Shown here piece after piece: positions 13,930 to 27,565 of a DNA stretch of 64,000 bases (positions within the stretch are counted from its first letter, which is position 1; the number at the start of each line of letters is the position of its first letter). Both the position numbers and the translations under genes were made by a program. This DNA is from Adineta ricciae (Eukaryota): contig CAJNOJ010000062.1 of NCBI GenBank assembly GCA_905250025.1, positions 237,974 through 301,973 on the forward strand, in the 5' to 3' direction. The notes below the pieces were generated by a model. It searched no databases. It was not told the origin of the DNA and worked only from the letters and a program-made list of their open reading frames with translations.

Positions 13930-15895
13930 CGAACGTATATATCAATTCATTCTTTCTCGATGAACTATTGTCACACAGGATTCTAAAAGATTTTCCGGTT
14001 TGACGTTGTCGCTCGTGCGTGATGATGTTCTTTCGTCAGCGTGCACATATTCACACACACACACATAAACACATTTTCTCATTATTCTTATTTTCCATTT
14101 CTTCTTTTTCTAAGGAAAAGAAAAAAGTGAAAAAAGAAGATGCTTTCTTTTTCTTTTCCTTCACTTTTTCTACTACTACTACTATCACCTGTGAAATGGG
14201 ATGAGACGCATTGCATCAGTGCTGCTTTAATTTTCTTTTCTTGTGCTGCCTGGAAAAATAGATAGAGAAAGAAAGGAAGGGAGGATGACATGGTTACTCC
14301 GGATAGTTGCCATGGAAAGGTTTGGCGATCTTTCTTCTTACGTGAAACGAATTATCTTTCCAACGTTGTAATCAAATCTCGACAGTTGCCTTGTTCCATC
14401 AACTGACATTTCGAAAAAACGATATTGGCAAGAAATAAAAAACATCAACCATTTCATAACTTGTTGCCCTTTTTTTTTCGAGCACATATTCATTCAGTAT
14501 GTCAAAATCGAAATTAGGCCAATAGAGACAGTAGGAAACTTGAAAAGATTAAAATCATAACTGTACAGACGTCACTACTAATTGACATTTGGGAACAACT
14601 GCAATTGTTATTTGATCTCAAGCATATCAATCACTTGTTTTTGATTGACAAGATTCGCCGGGCAAAACAAAGGCAAGCACAACTTTTCTCTCCAACAGAC
14701 AATGCAATGTAAATTTCGTATATATTCCATAATTGATTATTTTCGTGACCCAAATGGTTCATTGAGATTCTTTTTGAATACACAGAAATCAATTCATCAG
14801 TGCTGGTAAATGATGCATCATACTATCCAAACTCTTTTAATCAACGAATTTTTGACATGAATAATCTGTACTTACGCATATAAATCATTTATTTTCCAGA
14901 GAAATAATCTTACAGATTTGTACGACCAACTGACGAGCAAATCTCACACGAGCTCTGTTTTCTTCCTATGTTAAGAAGTAATTAAAGCTAAATTTTGTCG
15001 ACATCAGTGTACTGAAAGTGAACCGATGGTATTTGAAGATATTTTTCTCGATTAATAATATCAACAAGCGTATGTCAACAGACTTTGTGTTGTCTATCTG
15101 TCCTGCACAAATATAAAAAAAAAGATAATCCGCTTGAGTCCTGCATTTCTTTTCTTCAATGATTGCTGTTATCAGGAAAAAAATTCGATGTATTTGTATG
15201 TTCTAAAGAAGCGTCAAGGGTGGATATAATCAGATTAAATTTCGAATAGTGATTAACAATGTTGCATGGAAGGTCAGAAGCACATACGCACACTAATCAA
15301 GAATATATTACTGGAAAAGAAAAAAGAAAGGGAAGCTCTTTTTTCTCACGTAGAATGATAGAAAAACACTATTGTATACAAACGATGTAGATAAGATTAT
15401 TGAGACCGTCCTTGACAAAGAAGAAGCTATACAGTCAGCGTATGGCGTGATAGTCGTTTGCAGGAGAGGTTTTGGTTGAGAGAATTCATTGTCATTCGAA
15501 GAAAATAACATCACATTAACAACATCTTATGAAGACACGGATTTTATGCCTGAGAATGTTTATCTTGAGTTTCGAATGGATTTATCGAGTTGATTGATAC
15601 GATAATTTTTTTATCGCTTTTTTCATCCTAGGTGATAAATTCCATATAAAAGAAAACAAACTGAAGAGAAAGGAAGATATCGACCTCGAATTAATCACTA
15701 TTTGTTATGATGACGTGAGTGACATATAGGATGCAACAATGTGAAAGAGTTCTTATCTTTTATTCTCTGTTAGTTATGTTGAAGATGAAAGTACAAAATA
15801 TAGACCACACACTTAAACTGCTCTTTTGCTCGTGTTTTGCTTTAACAGTATTTATTAGAAGTTCTTCCTAATTCTTTCCAGGAAATTTGCAATTA

Positions 15896-16140
15896 TGAAC
15901 CAACACACGCAGGTCAACAGTGAAACTGATGATAATCACACGCGTGACCGATTAGGTAAGCTCGTCATGTTTAACAACAACATCATAGAAGACCTGTTCA
16001 CCATTGAATTTTGGTAGAACCAACGTCAACACAAGTCGTTTCACCTCGTCGACGTCGTGCTACAACATTGAATTCGTTCGCTTCGTCTGTTATTACTAAT
16101 GTTGTTAAACGACCTCGTTGGTGTTTTCGGTATGTAGTAC
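15896..16140 (+). CDS. Small 2-exon ORF (15896..15956, 16018..16140 approx). It may be a 5' coding exon of the downstream Dispatched-like gene or an independent small gene.
   Basis: ATG MNQHTQVNSETDDNHTRDRL joins at a GTAAGC donor and ttttggtag acceptor to EPTSTQVVSPRRRRATTLNSF…RPRWCF, ending at a GTATGT donor. I found no downstream in-phase acceptor with a good polypyrimidine tract. Confidence 0.2.
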
Positions 16141-17687
16141 ATGTGCGACATCTCGTTTCGCATTTCTCTTCATATCAATATTTATCGAGTAAAACAGTAC
16201 TCGGCTAATCATCGCGAATGTTTTTTTTTCAAATACTCGAATTTATAACCATGTCATCGAGGTATATAGACGAACCTAATTGGCTACCTTGTATCAAATA
16301 CACGTGAGAGAGATCCATTTTTCAATGTCTTGTCTCTTTCTGTTATGCTTGTCAATATAAATCACCCCATTTTTGATCATCCGATCAAGAATGTATTTTT
16401 ATTGTTATTCGAAGAACAAATCGAAGTCCTTGAGATGTTTTATTCATAAACATAGGAGAAATTCGTAAGCGCACTCGAGAACGTCTTTCTTTTCATTGAT
16501 CGAGCTTGTTCGTGGAATGAAGGAGGGTAGAGATAACAACGACAGAAAATAATCTCATGTTTTCGTTTCGTTTGATATGTGTTCTATGCAAAGTCGAACA
16601 TTGAAAAGATACGAAGAAAATGTTTCTTGGCACTTCACGTACTGTTTTTCTTTTCTTCACAATAGTCAGCCGGTCGAGAATTCGACCTGGAGCGAACAAT
16701 GTGCATCGTTGTGTTCCTCTTGAGTCTATTTCTTCCGTTGACTGGAAAGAACGAAATAGAAGAGAAGTACTTAAACGTTCAAGTCAATCTGTTTCTTTCT
16801 CTTCTAAAAATAATCGCTAGAATAAACAATATCATTTCTCGTACTAACTTTCTTTTCCTTTCTGCAAAGATGAGATATAAACATGGTTCTATCTGCTTCG
16901 CGTTTCCGAATTTTCTTTGCTTTTTTTTCTTCGTTCTCTTTCATTTGCACTAAGTTCTCCAAAGAGAATACTGGAAAATAAATGCAATCATTAGATTTCT
17001 TCTTTTTTTCCCTTTCTGTTCTCATGTGATTCAACGGATGATGCATCATTTGCGTTATTAAATTGAAAATCGAGCTGGCCATGCAACAAATTCACTTGTC
17101 AAACATATGCTACTCACCATCAATTTTGTTTATCTTTTCTAGATCTGTTCTAATTTTGTGTTTCTTACCTCGTTTCGTTTCTTTTTGTATTCGTCTATGT
17201 ATTTCGAAAATAATTATTAAGAATCTTTTCTTTCATATCCAGCAATTATCAACATGTATGACGCAGGAGCGTATTTTTACAAAAAGTAAGAAGTTTTTAT
17301 CAATTAACGGATCCTCGAGGAGAAAAAAACCGACAGATTTGATTTCTTTTTCTTCATTACATCAGACCCGATGTGTACATACATTCTAATGAGAACAGAT
17401 GGTTATTCCGATAACATACCAGGTAGATATTTAGTTTTAATCTTGTAAAAACAACATATTCTACTGAACTAACACTGGCTATTGAAAGCATGCAATAACT
17501 AACGAAAAATCTGTGTTTAATATTACCTAGACCATCCTTTTTCTCTAAGCGTATGAAAAAAAAACCTATTCAAGCATGAAGGCTGTATCGTGCGATAATC
17601 TGTTGATATTTACCTATTTCGTTTAATAAATAGATATCCCGTGACTTAGAAAACAACAAAATAGGAGAGAGTAGTCTGTCATTTAAC

Positions 17688-20600
17688 ATGAGTTTTACCG
17701 AGTGGGAAGCAGCAGTAACTGCTCGAATAGGACATTACATTGCGAAACTTATTCTATGGTTTGTAGCTGAATATTTTCATGTTTTGAATGTCGTCTATGT
17801 TTTGCGTTCATAGGTATTCAACTTTCGTGGTTAAGTATGCATGGTGCTTTCTGTTACTTGGATCGATTGTATGTATTTGTCTTGGTTTGACAGCGGTATT
17901 AACACGAGACCTACCGGATTTCAATGATCCGACGAAGGTAACATTTTGTTTTTCTTGTTATTTCGTCGACACGAGATCGATTGATTGTTGATTTTGTCTC
18001 TAGGGTTTTATACCACGTGGTAAATATACGTTGACTTCACGCCTGTTTGTACTGGAACAACTGAAAAATGAATTGGATAAACAACTAGCTGCAGCGAAGA
18101 TTATCAGCAAGAGTAAAAATTTTGCTTCAACTGCGTCACCTTATCGAAGGGATGAACAACACGCGGGCAACGACGATGATGACGATGACTTCGATTATGA
18201 AAATCCAACAGATATGATGAACCTTCATGAAGATCTAAAAGATAATCCAAACGAGTGTGCCTTCTTATCATCAAAGCAAACGACATGTTTGACCAATGCT
18301 CAGGCATATTCTCTATTAAAAAATCAAACAGATCTCCTGAGAATATCGAAAACAATCAAAAAGAAACTTCACAAACCAAATGAACATGTGTGCACTTCAA
18401 TCGACTTGAGTAAGTGTTGTTCATAAAAGCTATTGTATATTTCGAATTCGTCGTTCTTCTGTTCAGATCGTCATTATGAGGTGTACTTCGAAGCGAGTGA
18501 TAAATCATCACCGAATTTATTAACACTTCCTAATCTATTATCATTATGTCGAAAACAGACCGAACTGATCGAATTATTTCAAGTTCATTCAACGTGCCAT
18601 TACACATTACCAGAAATGGTCGCTTATTTTGCCAATAAATTGGATTGTAGTCGAATAACTGAAAGAGATATTCACTCATTTATCAACCGCCTTCAACGTT
18701 GCCATCAAATCTATGATGCAGGCTTGGTTCGTTTAGCGGGCTTGAATCGTTACCGAAAGAAACCGTTAGAGTTGTTTCAATATGATTCGTGTTTTTACAA
18801 TAATTTTACTTTTCTATCATTGGAATATTTACTGGACAAGTCGTTTCTAACGACCAATCAAACATCGCACACAGGTATGTGGTTTTTAAGACCAACTGTG
18901 CCGATGAGAGATGCGAATGGCAGTGAAGTTCATACATCTGATACGGCCTATGATATATTTGTTGAACATTTTCAACAAAATCCCAAATTCGACGACGGAC
19001 AAACACGAATAGCAGGATTGAATTTCTTGGATATTCGTATACCGGCGGCGATGAAACAAATTCGTAATGACATGTTTTTTGTGATCCTAGCTATTACGCT
19101 AATTGTTGCAGTAAGTTGTCCGAGAGTTGATGAATTTGTTAAATTGATTGTCGATTTCATTGTTTAGGTAACAGTTATCTATCTTCGTTCAATAACCGTT
19201 GCATTAATGACAAATGTTTGTGTAGTTCTTTCCTGTGCATGTGCGTATTTTGCATATAAGATCATTTTCGGCATTGATCTTTTTCCATATATTAATTTAA
19301 TGTCATCGTTCATATTGATTGGTATATCATGCGATAATGTGTTCGTTATTTTTGACGCGTGGTATTCAGAAAAATTAGATATTTACAATGAAGCACGTTT
19401 ACAGAATCGTCAAATTGAATTCTATGGTAAATTGACTGAGAAACAGGAAAAACAATATCGTCGCGATCGGGAATATACATCATCGATTATTCGGCGACGC
19501 CTAACATCAAAAAATGATCCAGACCAGCCGCCATTGCAAGAAGGCGAAGAGGAAGAACATTTTGATTTGATTAAAAATACGGATTTGGTTCGGATTATGA
19601 AAGTGAACGAAGATCAAATGATTCAAATGATGGAAGGTGTTCTCAGACACGCGGCAGCAAGCGTGTTCGTTACAAGTTTCACAACATCAGCCGCTTTTTT
19701 TACCAATATGATATCCCGTATTGCTTATGTACAGTTATTTGGTTTATTTATGGTAAGTTCATCGTTTTAGATAAAAGACTGATGATTCTAAGATTTTCGA
19801 AGTCGAGAAAGGATGCGATACATCGTTTTTTATTCTTCTATTTTTCTAGGGTCTTTGTATATTATTCAATTTTCTTATGAACATAACAATGATTGTGTCG
19901 TTTGTAATAATTTATGAAAAGTTTTGTGAGCCCTTATCTGCCCGTCTTGGTATATTCAATCACTTTCCAGATTTGTTCGATAATATCATGTTATCGTTAA
20001 CTCGCCTCAACCATGCGATTTTCACTGTGTATATTCCAAAATGGATAATTAAACTTCGTTATTTTTTGATAGTCATTTTCTTTATATTTGGTATGATTGG
20101 TTTATTCGTTGTCTTCCATCATCCGAAATTGTCTCCGCCAAAATCTCGTCGATATCAATTCTTCCAGCTAACACATCCATTTGAACGCTTCGAATATCAG
20201 ATGCGTGATCAATTCTTATCTTACATTAACGAAGATATAGACAATGTGACAAATCCATTGTTGATCTTTACATTTGGAGTCGAAGAAACGGATTTAGTTC
20301 ATCCGTTTTATCCTGATAAACAAAGATATGTTAACAACAAAACGATAGTTTTCAACGATAAGTTTGATTTTTACGATCCAAAGACGCTGCGATGGCTTGA
20401 TACATTTCTAAGAGATCTCAATCAAAGTGATTTGTTTACTAACGTTCAAGAAACCTATGCACAGTGGTTAACGATTGGTGAGACAAATAACTTTCTCATT
20501 GTTTCTTTAATCAAGATTCATCGTTTTCAGGTGAACTTTTACGTGGATTCCTGACAACAGGCGTTCACAAATATTCTTCATCTGACGATCAAAAGTTTTT

Positions 20601-21923
20601 CGTTCCACCAACTCGAAATGCGACAAAAGTCGCTTTGAATCGATTATTCAAATTCTTCAGCGAATCGAATCAACTGGCAGCGGCTGGTGACAGCAATCGT
20701 GGTAGCGAAAATTTTCGTCTCGGATTTTTACCTGATGCTGAAACACGTCACTTACGTGCCTTTCTATTCATGGTCAACATGAACGTGACATTTAACTCCT
20801 TCTCTGCTCAACATACATACTATCAAAAGTTACACGATTATTTCGATCAACGCTTGGAGCAATTGAAATTATCCGAAGGCGTTCATGGACATGTCTATGA
20901 ACAAGTAAAACATGGGTAAGGAAAAGCATTGAACTGAGTGAACGATTTGTTTTATTCTATTTTTAGTTGGTTTGTCTCGCCTCAATTTCTTTTCTATGAC
21001 CTTATGCGTGAAGTTATACGTGGAACATATACATCTCTGATATTTTCTATGTTGTTCGCCTTTGTTGTACTTCTTCTCACTTCCGGAAATATTGTTATCA
21101 CTCTTTATGCAATTTTAACAATTATTTTCATCATTGCTGATACAGTGGGAATATTTGTATTATGCGGATGGGAACTAAGTATTTTGGAGACAATTATTAT
21201 CATCATGAGCGTCGGTCTGAGTGTGGATTTCAGTAAGAGAACCATTGATTCGATATTTTTTGAGAGAGATGTTTTCGTTACTATTTAGCTGTACATTATG
21301 GTGTGGCTTATATCAAAGCCGATTGGAAACGGAATCAAGCACAAGCACATAGTCGACGAACATCGAATGCCTTGAAACTTCTTCATTTAACGAATGGAGA
21401 CAATCTAAATGAACAGTCTTTGTTAGAGCAAGTCTCGAATCCGAAAGTACATTCGAAAAAGTCGTCAGTATTCACTCGTATTAAAACATGGCACCGACGA
21501 GGTAATCTGCAACGGTTCCGTCGAATCAAAAACAGTCTTATTCGCGTTGGTTCAGCAGTTTTCATTGCTGGTCTAACATCTTTTCTCGCCGGTGTATCCA
21601 TGGCGCCCAGCAAATTGACATCTTTCTCCCAAATGGGCTATTTTCTAATGTTAATTATGTTTGTTAGTTGGTTATATGCTACATGGTTCTTTCTTCCATT
21701 ACTTTCCTTTCTTGGACCAATTGATAAATTTGGTGATATACCGTAAGTGATCTTTTTGACACGAGTCTTTCGAAGAAAATCTTTCTTTTCCTTTTGGTAC
21801 AGATTCGGTAGATTATTTCGTTGTGGTAAAACGTCATCATTACCTGTCGTACAAACAGTGACAACCGATGCCAATGACCAACAGGAAACAAGGGAAAAGT
21901 TCAATGAAGAACAGACAGTTTAG
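17688..21923 (+). CDS. DISP: Dispatched/Patched-family 12-TM sterol-sensing-domain transporter (~1227 aa), 10 exons: 17688..17758, 17814..17937, 18004..18409, 18467..19110, 19168..19752, 19850..20477, 20531..20915, 20967..21232, 21289..21742, 21803..21923
   Basis: TM1, then a large extracellular loop, then a TM2-6 sterol-sensing-like bundle with the TM4 motif GISCDNVF. A second large loop and TM8-12 follow, with GLSVDF (GxxxD) and VHYGVAY. All junctions are in phase and agree with the ORF-track frames 17788, 18031, 18433, 19207, 19877, 20635, 20938 and 21303. Confidence 0.85.
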
Positions 21924-22571
21924 TTCATTCATCTTCCTCTTTCGTTTTCCTACCGCTTGTCTTTCGTTAATCTCGAAGCGAACTAACTAAAATTACCATC
22001 AAATGAAAACATCTTCCGCTAGGTGCTGCTTGTAGTTAACTCAGATAGTTGATTTTGGTCATAAGAAACCAAAGATAAGAAAATCTTCCTAACTGCCTTC
22101 TGCATTTTATTCTTTTTGGTTGGACACGTGCAATAAAAATCGTCGTGACGTGTCTTTTGTCGTCTGCCTTTCTTTTTTCATCTTATTTTAACAGAGAATG
22201 TTTTGTTTCTTTTTGTGTTCAATTATATTCATGCATGTTTGTTTCTTTGTTGTTCTTCCTCTTGGTTTTTACTCATTTGAAATGTATGTATTTTGTCTAA
22301 TGTCAGTAGTCGAAAACAATCATAAATTGATAGTTGAATACTTCTTGGTTTTCTCTTCCTTCTCTTTGGAAAAAAAATATATTCTATGATTATGTTCTAC
22401 GCGAGTTATTCGTAATTTTATGAATTATTTTGTGATTTAGTCGATGTGTGTAGTTTAGCTGAATGTGTTTCATGAGCATTTTTGTATATGGTTGAATATA
22501 TCAATATGTTTCTTTTCGTTTTCTTAAATACAATTCATAACAAGGTAGTCGAACTGTAATTTCTCGTATGC

Positions 22572-23776
22572 TTAAACATTGGTTTCGATCAGTTCATAAA
22601 TTTTCTTCATAAACTGTTCGATGTCGTCTTCGGTGGTGTCGAACGAACACATCAATCTAACTTCACAATTCTTTTTTCTCCACATGTAGAACGGAAAGAT
22701 TGTTGATAATGGTTCGTACCATTGCTGAGGGATTTCTAAGAAAATCGCGCCAGTTTCCACGGGTTTGGTTATCCGAATCTGTGGTTTATTATCTTTCAAT
22801 GGAATTGATTCTAAACGCTTTTTTAATGTTTGAGCCATTGCATTGGAATGTTCACTCGACTTTTTCCACAGATTATTGTCAAGTAGGGCTAAGAATTGAA
22901 CGGCGATGAATCGCTGTTTCGATGCTAATTGCATCACTTGCTTATGACGAAATTTTAAAATACCGCCATCAGCTTCGAGTATCGACTGATTGAACACCAC
23001 TACTGCTTCACCATACATCATACCAGTCTGAAGTAATCAGGAATGATTTGTTTATTATTATCGAACATCAACTATGCGATTTACCTTGGTACCACCCAAG
23101 GAAAGAATGTCCACTCCGACTCCGGTTGTAATATCTCGAAGAGTACAATTCAATGATGAAACGGCATTGAATAATCGTGCACCGTCCATATCTAAGATCG
23201 ATAATCATTTCTATTCATCTTCACAATCGAAAATATCTTACGAAAGTATAAGTTGTATTTCTTTGCTAGAGTGGAGATCTGTTTGAGTTCGTCAAGTGTA
23301 TAAACTGTTCCATATTCCGTCGGTTGGGCAATCGATATCATTCGTGGTTGAGCAGCATGCATATCGCCCAGGCAATCGAGTTTCTCCTCAATTCTGTCCA
23401 TCATGATTTTACCATTTTCATTCGTCGGAATCGATATCAATCGTACACCGGTGACAGTTTCTGGTGATGATGACTCATCCGTAATGATATGTGAAATATC
23501 CGCACAAATGACAGCATGATACGAATGTGTACAAGCGAGGATTGAAAGTACATTAGCACCTGTGCCATTGAAAACGAAAAAGACACCAGGTGTTGAAGCA
23601 TCCGATGCAGAAGTGAATTGTTGTTTAATGACAAGACGTGCTGCTTGAGTAACATCATCATGACCGTAGGCACGCGCATGCGATTTTGACTGTGCTTCTT
23701 TGACCAATGCAGACATTATCTCAGGTAGTACCCCAGCATAATTATCCGATGCAAATGTACGCAAAATATTCGTCAT
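22572..23776 (-). CDS. Low-specificity L-threonine aldolase, bacterial LtaA type (PLP-dependent beta-eliminating-lyase fold), 3 exons: 23242..23776, 23085..23191, 22572..23027
   Basis: The spliced product (MTNILRTFASDNYAGVLPEIM…VFFVFNGTGANVLS…HMDGARLFNA…SLGGTKTGMMYGEAVVV…) aligns along its length with Aeromonas/Pseudomonas LtaA motifs FASDNY, FAFNGT, HMDGARF and GGTKNG. It has two GT-AG introns of 50 and 57 nt, both in frame. Confidence 0.85.
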
Positions 23777-24760
23777 ATTTGATTGGTTTATACAATCCAC
23801 CGAATGACTTCGATATTCTCTCCTCAATTCTATACAACGAACACTTCGAAAGTGTTTAGAAAAGAGAGATGCAGAGGAAAGGAAAAGATAGCGTCTAATG
23901 TGCAAACATAACATGACTTACATTGTTTATAACCAAACTTTCTAAACTAGAGAATGAAAAAATAAAAGCCTATTTCATCACTATCCTGATACGACCGCGC
24001 AAACCTTATCTTTCTGCTGAAATCAAACCTGAGTGAACCAACTACATTTACTCGACAGGTTTTTCTTAATCTTTATTTTTAACCCTGAGTTCATTTACGT
24101 GTGATAATAACTAATTCTGCTTTAACGCATACTCTAATGAAACACACGTTTACTACTCCTACAGATCCGGATAAAAAAAAACAGCAACTGGTTTCTTGCT
24201 TCACAAAACAGAAATCTATTTTTAAACGCTCACAATTAAATAGATGTCTTTCCTTCTTCACATATGTTGAGCCGCAATTTCCACTCTCACCAAGCAACAC
24301 AACGGATGTCAATGATTGCTCATCTAGTTGTACACAGCTATCCAACTATAAATGGATCGTTAACGACATCTTCTCATGGATTTCCTTGTCCAGGCCCACA
24401 AACTCGAGTTGCGCAATTACATACAACACGATCGAAATCTGATACTAGATGTAATGCTTTGACTCTATATATATATATATTTTAGTCGAGAAAATCAATG
24501 AACGAATTTTGTGCGAAGCGAGTGCAATCGCAAAACAGAAGAAAATTACGCACAACCGGCACACAAGTAGTAATATACAACAAGAACAACATCAAGAGGG
24601 AATAAGAACAAAAAATTTTCAATGTGCGAATGTACGAATGAAAACAACAGGCAAAGACATCTTGTTCAGTTCTTCTTTTCGATCATGACAAGAGCAAAAG
24701 AAAACAACTATGATCTATTTATAACTATATATGTATATATCTGAAGGATGTTCTATGCGA

Positions 24761-25374
24761 TTATTCTTGGTCCTCGTCATCCTCTTCATCTTCTTCGTCT
24801 TCTTCACTTTCGTTGGCACCGGAAGCACCAGCAGCAGCTCTTCGAGAGTTGGTTTTTCCAGCAGATGCTTTCGAGTCTCCTAAAATGTCCATATCGTTTC
24901 AAATACCCTTCGCTAGAGAATTTTCTCTTTACCTTCTTCACCATCACCATTTTCTCCGGTATCTTCTTCGTAATCGCCGTCAGATCCGTCGTCGTCTTCG
25001 TCATAATCATCACCTTCTTGATCACCACCAGCTACCTGTAAAACCCAATGAAAAGATTGTCGAGATTTCCTACGATGTCCAAACAAGGCAAACTTACGTC
25101 GTCATCATCTTCATCTTCATCATCATGTAAATGATCATCACCATTCTTATGATTCGAAGATTCATCATCAACTGGTCCATCACCGTTTCTTCCATTGCGC
25201 GCAGCTTTTAAAGCCTTCAATTTCGATGGACTAATATCATCTAGTTCAGCTTCACGTTTTGTGCCTTGAAATGAAAATAAACTTTCAAATTAAACGAACG
25301 TCATTCACATCAACGGATCTACCTTTTGTAGCGGCTACAGTTGGTGCAGAAAGCGCATCGGTTGAATCAGCCAT
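24761..25374 (-). CDS. Small highly acidic (Asp/Glu-rich) protein of ~146 aa, 4 exons: 25323..25374, 25098..25264, 24933..25035, 24761..24879
   Basis: MADSTDALSAPTVAATKG…, followed by D/E-rich runs and ending …EDEEDEEDDEDQE. It has three short GT-AG introns, all in phase. It is prothymosin/nucleoplasmin-like in composition only. Confidence 0.55.
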
Positions 25375-26998
25375 TGATTAAGTTCAGTTATTTAACAAGA
25401 AGAAAATAGTAGTTGTGTAAATGTGCGAAGATAGATGGAAGAATCAAGTCGACATAGGCCCAAAGAGAGAGAATATGACAAGTAGCTATTTCTTCTCTTT
25501 CCTTTTCTTGCAGCGATTGCCGAGTGTGTATATGTGTACGACGTCGTCGTCTGTCCTCGTTCCTTTTATATGAAGCTATGTGTCTGTCCTTTTTACTGCT
25601 GCCGCCGTTCTTTGGCACATAGTCATGTAGCATAATGAGAGAGAAGAAAAATCTTCGTTCGTTCGTTCTCTATTTTCCACCAATCCATCGTGTTGATGTT
25701 AGTCGACAATGATGACGTTACACGGGCAGAATACATGGCAAACAATGGATTTTCTCTATATAGTCAAGAGAAAGCGACGGGCAAAGATGACGACAAGCAT
25801 AAACTGTGAATTGAATAACGTCAGTGCAAGCGAACAAATTTTATAATGTTTTCTTTAGCTCAAAGAATTTGGAAAGCAGCCATTTTCTTCATAATGTATA
25901 ATTGTAGCGAACAAAAACGTCGATATGCTCGTGAATGTGAACTTCTTTCTGCTATGATAGACAATGTCAGAGTTAAACTACGTGATCTCTGCGTGAAATA
26001 TCGAATACTATTCCTATACGGAGGGAAAATAGTGTATTGTAAGCGATCTGTTTTGTCTGTGTGTGTGTGCAGATAGAATATCGAACGAATGTTTTGATGT
26101 ACGTGTTCACCGACGTTATTCTTTCTCTTGTTAAAGTCAATCTACATTCAGGAGTGCTTCGGTATTGCCGAACATACTCAGCCACATTGCTTCACAGGAA
26201 AGATGAAACCTACTCAGATAGGATATGACCAAGTGAGCATCAGAGCATTATTGTATGTTGGTTAAAATGATAGTGTCTGTGTGAGATGTATTGAGAATTA
26301 CTTGTTCATTAAAACCATCTCTTGGAAGGGGAGCGTCTGAATTTTTTATCGGGATTACTATGATGAAAGGTGTATTTGCTCTAAGGATTAATATAACGCC
26401 TGTGTATAATACAATGCAGTCGATTGAGAATATTTAGCTAATTGGTATCTTGATGAGTTCATAAGTATGACAAATCATTTTTGATGATTGAATAATTGAA
26501 GAGATCTGTCCACTCGTCTATCTTGAAAACAATCTGCTCTACTAGCAATAATTCAGATATGATCCTATGGAAAGAAACAATTAACCAATCAAATATGTTC
26601 GATATCAAAGTACATTGATGTAGACTTGATTTCTCCTCCTTCCATGCCAGACAAGAAATGTGATTGATAAAATACGATAAATCATTAATAAATGTGGGAA
26701 TATCTCATTTCAAACATGTCTTTTTGTTCTACGTGTTGTTTTTATCTGAGAAGATGAACAAATAGATACATGTGCGGCAGATTCGATTCGCAGTTAGGTG
26801 TCATTTTCACATTGTCTTATTTGACCAATTGCTTCTCACACAGATGAACGGTTGTTGTCTGTCTATATATATGAAAACAAAGTTCAAAAAAAATTTTTCT
26901 GTATTTGAACAATAGATTTCATTTTCGAAAGAATGAATTTCACGCTCGATTTTATTCATATATATGAAGAAGTCTTAGAAAGTAGTTATTAGCACTTT

Positions 26999-27565
26999 TC
27001 ATTTGGTATTTGGACGGCGAATAGCATTGATAATTTCAGATGCTGAGGTATTACTCAGTTGCTTAACACCATTGTTATTCAATGATATGGATGATGTTGT
27101 AAGATTTGATGATGTTGGTCGCACTGGAACACGGAGAGTACTGTAGAGATTGGTAAACAATGAGGTTAGTAATAGTGGCGCTTGATTTTCTATAACATTG
27201 ATAAGTTTCTTGCCCACCTCGGGATTGAGCATTTCTTTCAGACCAGTGGACATGATCTGTCCAACGATAGTACCGAGACGATCTAACGGAAGAATAGAGA
27301 GAACTGTTGAGGCCGTATCGATTGTATCGAAACTGTTTTGTTGACGACGATTGCGAATTAAACGATCAGCCCAATGGTTCGACGTTCGATTTTTCTTGAA
27401 GAACATCGCATCAGTTCGATTTTCCTTCGGTTCTAAAATAACCATGTGGAATCAGTGAAAATAACTCGTCGAATCATTCTTACCAAAACTGCTCTGAGCT
27501 TGACAATGATCGATTGAAAGATGAAAAGCAAGTGTTGCTAAAATGCACAAACTTATTTTCATCAT
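26999..27565 (-). CDS. Small secreted protein (signal peptide), 2 exons: 27484..27565, 26999..27432
   Basis: Exon 1 is MMKISLCILATLAFHLSIDHCQAQSSF, a hydrophobic signal peptide, with a GTAAGA donor. Exon 2 joins in frame (EPKENRTDAMFFKK…) to the 148-aa ORF. No known domain. Confidence 0.5.

Noticed and set aside
18104-18355. A minus-strand ORF (83 aa) antisense to Dispatched exon 2, and similar antisense ORFs at 21383..21613, 36266..36595 and 40055..40252.
   Set aside because: They are antisense shadows of long sense exons in AT-rich sequence, with no independent support.
23074-23286. A plus-strand 70-aa ORF inside the threonine aldolase locus.
   Set aside because: It is antisense to aldolase exon 2 and intron 1. 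There is no homology and the frame is explained by the minus-strand gene.
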